Under the pieces are notes generated by a model. It searched no databases. It saw only the letters and a program-made list of their open reading frames with translations, and was not told the DNA's origin. Below are positions 9,535-17,562 of a stretch of DNA of 64,000 bases, piece after piece. Made by a program: the position numbers and the translations under genes. Source of the stretch: Patescibacteria group bacterium (GTDB taxonomy: Bacteria > Patescibacteriota > Patescibacteriia > Buchananbacterales > UBA6539). The stretch is taken from positions 80,789 to 144,788 of the forward strand of contig JAVEXP010000002.1 of NCBI GenBank assembly GCA_034003985.1, given 5' to 3'. Positions within the stretch are counted from its first letter, which is position 1; every line of letters begins with the position of its first letter.

Positions 9535-10299
9535 ATGAAAATAATTAATCGCTCCATTCCCATTGTTTGTAGTCTGGCAATCTTGTTGCTGTCGGAGTTG
9601 GTTTTGAGCCGGGCTGATTTGCTTTGGCCATTATTTTCTTTGGCTCCGCTTTGTTTGATTGCGGCGATTTGGCAGCTGACCGGCCGGAATTTAAAATCAA
9701 AAAAATTTTGGCGCTTGTTAATAACACCATTATTGTTTTTGGTTAGTCAGTTGGGTTTTCTTAGTTTTTTGGAGGGGGCGATTTTGCGACAGCTATTGGT
9801 AATTTTTTCGTCTTTGGTAATCTGGATTTTTTTGCAGGTTATCTTTTTGCGTTTTCATTCCCGATTGAAATACCAACTTCACTCGTTGGAGAGTATCGCC
9901 ACCCACATTGATTTACTGACAATCTTTTTTGGTTGTGCAACATTGTTCAGTCTGATGTTATTTTTGGGTGTAAAATTGACTTTGTGTCTGTTAATTTTTG
10001 CCTTTATCACTTTCTTGCTTAGTTATCAAATGATTTGGGTCGGCGAGAAATCCTTGGCAGATGCCTGGCTTTATGTTATGGTAATTACGCTCATTAGCCT
10101 GGAAGTGTTTTACGCTGTTTCTTTTTTGCCAACCAGCGTTTTGGTCAACAGTCTGATCGTTACACTTGCTTATTATTTAATGGGTGGCCTGACCCGTAAT
10201 TGGTTGTTGGATATCAGGGAGGTTAATGTCGCCAAGCGTTACTTGATTATCAGTGGCATCTTGTTGCTTGTTGTTTTCCTGACGGCTAAATGGTTTTAA
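9535..10299 (+). CDS. Polytopic membrane protein
   Basis: About 8-9 hydrophobic segments; ends LTAKWF. Confidence 0.75.
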   Translation: MKIINRSIPIVCSLAILLLSELVLSRADLLWPLFSLAPLCLIAAIWQLTGRNLKSKKFWRLLITPLLFLVSQLGFLSFLEGAILRQLLVIFSSLVIWIFLQVIFLRFHSRLKYQLHSLESIATHIDLLTIFFGCATLFSLMLFLGVKLTLCLLIFAFITFLLSYQMIWVGEKSLADAWLYVMVITLISLEVFYAVSFLPTSVLVNSLIVTLAYYLMGGLTRNWLLDIREVNVAKRYLIISGILLLVVFLTAKWF

Positions 10300-10300
10300 C

Positions 10301-11458
10301 ATGAAAATTTTTCGTAAAAAATCTAATCAATTTGTTTCGCAGGTGGTAATTCTGGCGATGGTTTTTGGTTTTGCCGCCGGCGTGGTTGGCCAACTGGTGG
10401 CTGATACTTATCTTGATCCGTATGCTGAATATGCCGATAGTTACATTGCGGCCAATACTAATATCGCTCCGATCATCCCGGAACTCAGCCGGCTTAAAAG
10501 ATTTTTGGGGATTGAACAAGATTTTGCCGTTGACAAGGCTGTCCAAAAAACTCAACTTTCTTTAGCCGGTATCTATTTGGAAAAAACGGCGAATAATACT
10601 ATTAGTCAAGCTTATCTACCTTCTGATTTGCTGGCCAATGCTTTTGTTTTGACCAGTGACGGCTGGCTGGTTACCGATAGCAAGATTTTTTCCCGGTATC
10701 AAGTCAATCAGTTGGCGGTTGCTTACCAAAATAAGATTTACCAAATTGAAAAAGATATTACCGACGATGTCAGTGGCATTACTTTTGTTAAAATTTCTGC
10801 CAGCAATTTGCCGGTGATGGTTTTGGGGGATAGCGACGAAATGATCCGCGGACAATTGGCAGTAGTCTTAAATGCTTTGGGCCAGGTTGAAGTTTTGAAT
10901 CTCAAAAGCAATACTTATTATGATTTAACTTCGCCGCAGGATTTAATTCAGAGTTCGGAAGAATATCATAATTTGTTTTTGTTTAACACTCATCTTGATC
11001 AGTCGTTTGTCGGCAGTCCGGTCGTTAATCTCGCTGGTGAGGTGGTTGGCGTTATAAATTATGTTGATTTAAATGACAATTTGATCACCGCGGTGCCGCT
11101 CAATCAGTTTCGGCCGGTGGCACTTGATGTCTTGCGCAGCAATGTGGTCAAGCGCCCTTATTTGGGTGTTGAATATTTGGATTTATCCCAAACTATTGGT
11201 TTGAGTGATTCGGTTAGCCAGGGTTTGGATCGGGGAGCGTTGGTCTTTCAACAGCCAACCAAATCCAGCCCGGCGGCTGAGGCCGGTGTAAAATTAAACG
11301 ATATTATTTTAAGTGTCGAAGGGCAGTTGGTTGGAAAGGATAGCAGTTTAACCGAATTGATTCAACAGTATCAGCCTGCCGATCAAATTATTTTGGAAGT
11401 TCTGCGTGACGGTCAAGTAATCAGTTTCGATGTCACTTTGTCACTTTTGACTCAGTAG
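10301..11458 (+). CDS. HtrA/DegP-like trypsin-fold + PDZ protein, catalytic triad apparently lost
   Basis: TM, AFVLTSDGWLVT, GSPVVNLAGEVVGV, RPYLGV, SPAAEAGVKLNDIILSV PDZ; His, Asp and Ser motif positions substituted. Confidence 0.85.
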   Translation: MKIFRKKSNQFVSQVVILAMVFGFAAGVVGQLVADTYLDPYAEYADSYIAANTNIAPIIPELSRLKRFLGIEQDFAVDKAVQKTQLSLAGIYLEKTANNTISQAYLPSDLLANAFVLTSDGWLVTDSKIFSRYQVNQLAVAYQNKIYQIEKDITDDVSGITFVKISASNLPVMVLGDSDEMIRGQLAVVLNALGQVEVLNLKSNTYYDLTSPQDLIQSSEEYHNLFLFNTHLDQSFVGSPVVNLAGEVVGVINYVDLNDNLITAVPLNQFRPVALDVLRSNVVKRPYLGVEYLDLSQTIGLSDSVSQGLDRGALVFQQPTKSSPAAEAGVKLNDIILSVEGQLVGKDSSLTELIQQYQPADQIILEVLRDGQVISFDVTLSLLTQ

Positions 11459-11467
11459 TTTTGCAAC

Positions 11468-11501
11468 AAAAAATGCGATGTTAGGGTAATCGCATTTTTT
11501 T
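11468..11501. terminator. Bidirectional intrinsic terminator
   Basis: AAAAAA-TGCGAT...ATCGCA-TTTTTTT between convergent genes. Confidence 0.75.
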
Positions 11502-11509
11502 AAATCAAT

Positions 11510-11797
11510 CTATTCTTTGATCAAATCCTTCTTAGTTAAATCGGGGTGAGGGGAATAGAGTTTATTTTTAATTTTCCACTTATCCACATATTTCCCAATC
11601 CCTTTTTGAGATAGCTTATTTTTGATCGTCGTTTTGCCTTGCGACCATTCCAGCAGGCTGACGAAATTGATTTTATACCGCCCTTGGACTACGATGTATT
11701 TTAATAGCCCGTCTTTAATGGCGCGCCTGATGGTTTTTTGTTCCACGCCAAATAGTCTGGCGGCCTCGGAAACTGATAACCTGATGACATTTGACAT
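11510..11797 (-). CDS. Excisionase/BldC-like winged HTH (HTH_17) DNA-binding protein
   Basis: LSVSEAARLFGVEQKTIRRAIKDG...GRYKI. Confidence 0.85.
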   Translation of the reverse strand: MSNVIRLSVSEAARLFGVEQKTIRRAIKDGLLKYIVVQGRYKINFVSLLEWSQGKTTIKNKLSQKGIGKYVDKWKIKNKLYSPHPDLTKKDLIKE

Positions 11798-11813
11798 ATT
11801 GTTTGGTTTAGAG

Positions 11814-11843
11814 ATTTTTGTCTAGACTAGTCTAGACAAAAAT
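11814..11843. repeat. Perfect 30-bp palindrome, candidate operator
   Basis: ATTTTTGTCTAGACTAGTCTAGACAAAAAT equals its own reverse complement; contains GTCTAGAC twice at 10-bp spacing; 16 bp upstream of the HTH start. Confidence 0.9.
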
Positions 11844-11859
11844 GATAATTATTGACTTA

Positions 11860-11953
11860 AGTATATTATAATTTTTTCAGTTTGGCAATATTATTAGGCC
11901 CTTAATTGTATTGCTAAACCTACTTTGACTTTATTTTAAAAAATAGTTATAGT
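11860..11953. promoter_or_regulatory. Divergent sigma70-type promoters for the HTH gene and the ECF sigma
   Basis: Minus: TTGCCA(11888-11883)-17-TATACT(11865-11860). Plus: TTGACT(11925-11930)-17-TATAGT(11948-11953). Confidence 0.6.
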
Positions 11954-11965
11954 ATACTCTATTAC

Positions 11966-11993
11966 TGTAACAAATTGACCCAAATCTCGTCTT
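11966..11993 (+). promoter_or_regulatory. Candidate ECF-sigma autoregulatory promoter
   Basis: TGTAAC(11966-11971)-16 nt-CGTC(11988-11991), the AAC/CGT pattern typical of ECF promoters, just upstream of the ECF gene. Confidence 0.6.
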
Positions 11994-12006
11994 AATTAGT
12001 GTCTTA

Positions 12007-12573
12007 ATGAATTCTTCAAAATTTCAGGAAAAACTGCTATTATTACGGCTGAAGAAAAAGGATCCGGAAGCTTTCTCTAAAATATATGATCTGTATGTTA
12101 CGCCAATCTACAGATTTATTTATTTTAAAGTGGCTAGCCGGCAGGATGCCGAAGACCTAACTTCCGAATTGTTTTTAAAGATTTGGCAGTATGCTACTGA
12201 AAGTGATGAAGAAATTGAAAACTTAAGGGCCCTGTTATATCGTTCGGCCAGAAATTTGGTGATTGATTTTTATCGTCGGAATGCCCGGCGGGATCTGACT
12301 CGGGACGAAGAGGTTTTGAACAATGTCCAGGATGAGCGGCAGCAAAGCTTGCTGGCCAGAATTGACACCGAACTTGGCATGCGTAGCATCGAAAAAGTTT
12401 TGCGCCAGTTAAAGGATGAATATCGTGAAGTAATTTTGTTGCGCTATGTCGAAGAACTGTCGATTGGTGAAATCGCCGACATCCTTGGCAAGTCCCGGGG
12501 ATCAGTCAGGGTTTTGCTCCATCGTGCCCTTAAGGTTTGCAAAGATTTGATAGATAATAAAAAGGATGAATAA
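12007..12573 (+). CDS. ECF RNA polymerase sigma factor
   Basis: Region 2 DPEAFSKIYDLY...DAEDLTSELFLK...LYRSARNLVID; region 4 EIADILGKSRGSVRVLLHRAL. Confidence 0.95.
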   Translation: MNSSKFQEKLLLLRLKKKDPEAFSKIYDLYVTPIYRFIYFKVASRQDAEDLTSELFLKIWQYATESDEEIENLRALLYRSARNLVIDFYRRNARRDLTRDEEVLNNVQDERQQSLLARIDTELGMRSIEKVLRQLKDEYREVILLRYVEELSIGEIADILGKSRGSVRVLLHRALKVCKDLIDNKKDE

Positions 12574-13474
12574 TATCATTTCCGAATTCAAAAATTTAAA
12601 GGACGAAGTCTCTCCTCGTTCCGAATGGGTTGAACTCAACCGGAATTTTTTGTTGCAGCAAATTAGCAGCAGCCAACCAACCAGAACCCGAGTTTCGTTG
12701 GGAGACTACCTTGGTTTGTTTACCGCCGCTTTTCGTCAGCATCTACTTGAACCAGCCGTCGTGATGATTTTGATTTTGGTTTTTTCGCTTTCTAGCAGTC
12801 TGACCATTAACGCCGCTTTTTACAGCTTGCCCGGCGACACTTTGTATCCCGTCAAATTGGCTTTGGAAAAAACCCATGTCAGTTTGACTCCCGACGAACA
12901 AAAGAAAGTAGAGTTAAAGATTGAATTTGCCGAAAAGCGGATTGCCGAATTCCATAAGATTGTGGCCCAACCCGATGCCAATCCGCAAGAGAAGCAGAAG
13001 AAAATTGAAACCGTTGTTAAAGAATTCAAGAATAATGTGGTGGCTGTCAGTAATCATTTGAATAAAATCAGCCAAGATGAAATCAGTCTAGATCAGGCCG
13101 CTAAAGTCAGGATGGCGGTAGCGGTTAGTGAAAAGACCGAAGAGCTGGCTAAAAATTTGGATCAAAATGCCGCCGATCTGTCTGATGCTGATAAGAAACA
13201 GTTTGAGGATGCCGTGGCCGAGGTTGTCGCTTCCGCCCGCCAGTTGGCTGAAAATATTGAAGCGCAAGCGCTGCAGTCGGAGGATCAGACCGGCAGTAAC
13301 GAAACCAAATCGGTTGATCAGCCTGGCATCGTCGAAGGTGTAGACAATCAGACCGATGTAAGCATCGGACAAAACAATTCTGATGATCAGGACAATTCCG
13401 CTGCAACGACTGATACCGAGTCAGTTTCTGATTCGGGTTCGGCAGAAGTTGATGAAACAGTGGAAACAGAATAA
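12566..13474 (+). CDS. DUF5667-domain putative anti-sigma factor
   Basis: Overlaps the sigma stop; one TM followed by SLPGDTLYPVKLALEK; acidic low-complexity tail. Confidence 0.8.
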   Translation: MNNIISEFKNLKDEVSPRSEWVELNRNFLLQQISSSQPTRTRVSLGDYLGLFTAAFRQHLLEPAVVMILILVFSLSSSLTINAAFYSLPGDTLYPVKLALEKTHVSLTPDEQKKVELKIEFAEKRIAEFHKIVAQPDANPQEKQKKIETVVKEFKNNVVAVSNHLNKISQDEISLDQAAKVRMAVAVSEKTEELAKNLDQNAADLSDADKKQFEDAVAEVVASARQLAENIEAQALQSEDQTGSNETKSVDQPGIVEGVDNQTDVSIGQNNSDDQDNSAATTDTESVSDSGSAEVDETVETE

Positions 13475-13522
13475 TTATTTTAGTAAGCAATCCTAACTTT
13501 AAGTTAGGGGCTTAAAATAAAA

Positions 13523-13718
13523 GTTCATTGATACTTTTTGGACCAATTAGGGTTTAGTTTCCCTTGATGACCTAAGGCAAAGGTCGATCCAATGACTTGG
13601 AGTCTTTCGCCTGTCAAGGAATTAGAAGCTAAACGGCTTTGTGCCCGCAGGCGATGTTGTTAGGTTCGCCTAGGCGTAACAAAATCGCTGTCAGCCTAAC
13701 CGGAAAGCTTTGATGAAC
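13523..13718 (+). ncRNA. Unclassified highly structured RNA / 5' leader of the surface-protein gene
   Basis: Nested stems: 13523-31/13710-18, 13534-41/13700-07, 13547-51/13695-99, 13552-61/13625-34, 13562-69/13612-19, 13588-92/13597-601, 13651-62/13677-88; many G-U pairs on the + strand. Confidence 0.55.
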
Positions 13719-13741
13719 AAAATTAATGAAAGGAAATAAAC

Positions 13742-16700
13742 ATGACTAAAAGATTACTAACCTACGCTGTTGTTATTTCAACCGTCGTTTGGTCAGTAGG
13801 CTTGCTCGCTATGCCTTTTTCTGTGGGAGCAGCCGTTTCCGGCGATCTAGTTAAGAAAGCCGGCAGTCCAGCCGTTTTTTACCTTGGTGCTGATAGCAAG
13901 CTGCACACTTTTACCAGTTCAGCTGACTATTTCACTTGGTATAGTGATTTCTCGGGTGTCGTCACCATTTCTGACACCGAGTTTTCCGGCTACCAGTTAG
14001 GAAGCAATGTCTTCCCAAAACCTGGCGTCAAATTAGTCCAGGTTGTTGATGGTGAAACTCCTTGGAACATTTTCAGTCCAACGGTTTACGCCATTGCTGG
14101 TAATGGTACTGCTCGACCAATCGGTAGTGCTGAAGCAGCTGTCGAATTATACGGTGCCAATTGGGAATCAATGATTATCCCGGTTGTTACCAGCGTATTC
14201 AGCCAATACAAAGCCGGCGAAACCATTAATTCAGCTTCCGATTTTGACAAAGAAGCTGAAATGGAAGATGCCGCTACCATTAATGATGATTTGAACTTGA
14301 CCCTTGGCGGTGGATCCGGTGTATCAACCGGTACCAGCTTAACCGTCGCCTTGGCTTCTGATACCCCAGCCAGCGGTCTTTTACTTGGTAACACGATTAA
14401 TAATCGGATGACCAAGGTTAATTTGACTGCTTCCGCTGATGGTGACATTGTCATTGATCAGTTGGTTGTTAAAAGAGGTGGCACCGTCGCTTCCGATGGT
14501 CCTTTCTCTTCAATCGCTTTGATTGATGCTGGCACCAACACCAGAATTGGCAACACTAAAACCTTAAATTCCGAACACAAGGCTGTCTTCAATCAAGACA
14601 TTACTATTCCAGCCGGTACCACCAAAACCATTTACTTGGCTGGTAACTTGGGCGCCACCGCTGCTTACGCCGGTGAAATCCCAAGCTTGGACTTGGATTC
14701 AGTTACCTTGTCGGGCAGTGCCGCGGTTATTGGCAGCTTGCCAATCGTTGGTCACTACCAGAATATCAATGGAACCATTACGGTCGGTACTTTGACCGTC
14801 CACAAGGGTTCCAATCAGCCTGATGCTTCAACCCAGAAGATCGGCGTTACCAACTACATCGTTTCCGGCGTCAAATTATCCGCCAACTCCACTGAAGATT
14901 TCAAAGTGACTCAAATCACTTGGGATGAAGGTGGTACTGCCGGTGATTCCGATGTCGCCAACTTAGATTTGTTGGTCGACGATGCTGTAGTCGCGACCGT
15001 AGCCCAGCCCAGCGATGGTAAGGTTACTTTCAACCTATCAGCCAACCCGATTGTCATTCAAAAAGGCAGAAGCGTTCAAGTTGACTTGCAGTTAGACATC
15101 CTTGATGGTTCAGACCGGACCATCCGCTTCGACATTGAAGACGAATCAGACATCTATGCTCGTGGTGAATTATATGGTGCGGAAGTCAAGGTTGCTGCCA
15201 GCTCCGACGCCGAAGTTGTTGCTGACGCCACCCCATTCTACACTGCCAAAATAACCACCATTGATCGTGGTGCCTTGCGAATTAGCACCGCTACTTTGTC
15301 TGCCACCAATATTCCTGAGGATGCTACTCAGATTTTATTGGGTAAATTCGAATTCGAAGCCAAGGGTGAACCAGTTGAAATCACTTCATTGCCAATCGCG
15401 TTTACCGTTACCACTTCAACCGGTGACTTATCAACCGATAGTGCTGTTGATATTACCGCGGTAACTGTTTATGACGAAAATGGCAAAGTTGTCGCTGGTC
15501 CAATTGACCCGGTAAGCAAAGTTTCTGCTTATGGTGGTAACAATGCTGTTGAGTTATTGGTTGCTACCACTACTGATTCAATCACTGTCCCAGCTGGTAA
15601 GCACATCTATTCCGTTAAAGCCGACATCGATTCTGATTTCGGTACTAACGATACGATTGTTGTCAGAATCAACCCCGGTCAGGTTACGGCTAAGGGTGAA
15701 AGTACTGGTTTGTCAGTAAGTCCAACCCCAAGTACCGACCAGAGTTCAGCGGTAATGACAGTTCAGTCAGCCGCTTTGTCAATCTCAATTTCCTCCACCC
15801 CGGTTGCTCAGAATGTGGTTGCCGGTTCCAAAGACTTCGTTTTTGCTAATGTTGTCCTAGGTGCCCAATCATCCGGTGAGGACATTAAGGTTACCAAGAT
15901 CAAGGTTCAAGTTGACGCGGTTGCCAGCGCCAGTCCATCAGAAGTTTCCAACTGGAGCATTTTTGACGGTTCAACCGAACTGTCAGTCACCAATGATCCA
16001 GATTCCGATACTTCCACCAAGACTACCGCTGCTTCCGATGCCACTTCAACCTTCACCTTCACCACTCCTTTAGTTATTCCTAAGGGAACTTCCAAGACCT
16101 TGACCATCAAGGGTGATGTCAGCAGTTCTGCTACCAACAACGGTACCATCCGCGTTGGTATTGAAGACCAGACTTCAGAAACCATTACCGCCAAAGGTAA
16201 GGATACTGATTTGGATGCCGCTTTGACTGTTTCCGAAAGTGCCGGTCAAACCATGACTATCAAGTCAACTGGTGGTTTGACTATCACTCGTGACAGCAGC
16301 GCGCCCAAAGCTGGTTTGTTGCCTGCTAACTCACAAGGTTTGACTGTTGGCGTTTTCAGCGCTTCCGCTACTAACGAAGATGTTAATATCGAGAAGTTGT
16401 ACTTAACCGCCGTTCAAGCCAACGGTGGTGGTCTAGACCAGATTAACAAGTTGTATCTCTACAACGGCAGCACTTTGCTGGCCGAAGTTGAGCCAACTAG
16501 TACCGACGGTGTTGACCGAACAGTTTTGTTCGATGTCACCAACAACCCGATTGTCGTCGCTAAAGACAGCAGCACCAAGTTGACCCTAAAGGCCGACACT
16601 GCCGCTGCCGACTATGAACGGGCCTTGGGTACTGGTTCATCCGGTGAAGGTCTATGGTTAAAGATTGCCGCCACTAGCGATATTACGGCCAAGGGCGCTC

Positions 16701-17440
16701 AATCCGGCACCACCATCACCAGCAAAGACATTACTAATGCTTCGACTACCGCTCAATATGTTTTCCGCAGCGTTCCAACCGTTACGCCAAACGAGAATTT
16801 GGCCAGCCCGGTTAACGGCGGAACTTTGAGCACCAAGACCAATGAACCGGTCTACAAGTTCAGCGTTACTGCCAGTTCTGCTGGTCCAGTCGCCTTGTAT
16901 CGCGTTCAATTCTTGGTTACCACTTCAACTGCTACCACCACCAACTACAAGTTGACTGATGGTACAGAAGATGTCGCCGCTACCTCCACCGGTATCATTT
17001 TGACCACCGGCACTGGTAATGGCAGCCAGATCGTTGAATTTTTGATGACTTCCGACGGTCTTGCTCCGGCATCAGGTGGTACTAATGTCCAGCCTTATGT
17101 CATTGCTACTGGCCAGACCAGGACTTTCGTTGTTCGAGCCGACTTAGAATGTAATTCTTTGAACTGTGCTGCTTCCAGCGGTGCTACCGGCGGTTCAATC
17201 TCCTGGCAGATGCTGGGTGACACCGCTTTGCCAAGCACCATGCCAGCTAGCGCTATGGCTCTTGACGACGAAATGTACGAAAGCAGCTTTATCTGGGGCG
17301 ACTTATGGCGGACTTCCGTTTTGGAAGTTTCCTCCACCACTGCTTCTTCATCAGCACAGTGGTCAAATGGTTACCTCGTTGCCGAAGCTGACGGCGGTAA
17401 GTTAGCCGCTACTTCAACTGCTGTAACTTTCACTAAATAA
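13742..17440 (+). CDS. Major surface/S-layer-like protein (1232 aa, Ser/Thr/Ala/Val-rich, beta-sandwich repeats)
   Basis: Signal peptide; N-terminal GDLVK..PAVFYL..YFTWYSDFS..KPGVKLV..LYGANW domain of the type seen in CPR surface proteins; strong codon bias, AAAGGA SD, double hairpin downstream. Confidence 0.8.
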   Translation: MTKRLLTYAVVISTVVWSVGLLAMPFSVGAAVSGDLVKKAGSPAVFYLGADSKLHTFTSSADYFTWYSDFSGVVTISDTEFSGYQLGSNVFPKPGVKLVQVVDGETPWNIFSPTVYAIAGNGTARPIGSAEAAVELYGANWESMIIPVVTSVFSQYKAGETINSASDFDKEAEMEDAATINDDLNLTLGGGSGVSTGTSLTVALASDTPASGLLLGNTINNRMTKVNLTASADGDIVIDQLVVKRGGTVASDGPFSSIALIDAGTNTRIGNTKTLNSEHKAVFNQDITIPAGTTKTIYLAGNLGATAAYAGEIPSLDLDSVTLSGSAAVIGSLPIVGHYQNINGTITVGTLTVHKGSNQPDASTQKIGVTNYIVSGVKLSANSTEDFKVTQITWDEGGTAGDSDVANLDLLVDDAVVATVAQPSDGKVTFNLSANPIVIQKGRSVQVDLQLDILDGSDRTIRFDIEDESDIYARGELYGAEVKVAASSDAEVVADATPFYTAKITTIDRGALRISTATLSATNIPEDATQILLGKFEFEAKGEPVEITSLPIAFTVTTSTGDLSTDSAVDITAVTVYDENGKVVAGPIDPVSKVSAYGGNNAVELLVATTTDSITVPAGKHIYSVKADIDSDFGTNDTIVVRINPGQVTAKGESTGLSVSPTPSTDQSSAVMTVQSAALSISISSTPVAQNVVAGSKDFVFANVVLGAQSSGEDIKVTKIKVQVDAVASASPSEVSNWSIFDGSTELSVTNDPDSDTSTKTTAASDATSTFTFTTPLVIPKGTSKTLTIKGDVSSSATNNGTIRVGIEDQTSETITAKGKDTDLDAALTVSESAGQTMTIKSTGGLTITRDSSAPKAGLLPANSQGLTVGVFSASATNEDVNIEKLYLTAVQANGGGLDQINKLYLYNGSTLLAEVEPTSTDGVDRTVLFDVTNNPIVVAKDSSTKLTLKADTAAADYERALGTGSSGEGLWLKIAATSDITAKGAQSGTTITSKDITNASTTAQYVFRSVPTVTPNENLASPVNGGTLSTKTNEPVYKFSVTASSAGPVALYRVQFLVTTSTATTTNYKLTDGTEDVAATSTGIILTTGTGNGSQIVEFLMTSDGLAPASGGTNVQPYVIATGQTRTFVVRADLECNSLNCAASSGATGGSISWQMLGDTALPSTMPASAMALDDEMYESSFIWGDLWRTSVLEVSSTTASSSAQWSNGYLVAEADGGKLAATSTAVTFTK

Positions 17441-17464
17441 CCTTTACTGAAAATTACATAGTTG

Positions 17465-17523
17465 GGCTGTTGTAAAAAACAGCCAAAACCTAAAACCCCC
17501 GCCAAGTGGCGGGGGTTTAGGTT
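17465..17523 (+). terminator. Tandem hairpins after the surface-protein gene
   Basis: GGCTGTT/AACAGCC, then AACCTAAAACCCCCGCCA-AG-TGGCGGGGGTTTAGGTT. Confidence 0.8.
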
Positions 17524-17562
17524 GTCAGACTTGGTTTTTTTTGCTAAATTTAATCTAGATTT

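Noticed and set aside
14086-17405. Many short alternative-frame and antisense ORFs within the S-layer gene and other long genes
   Set aside because: Expected shadows of biased codon usage; no motifs or translation signals.
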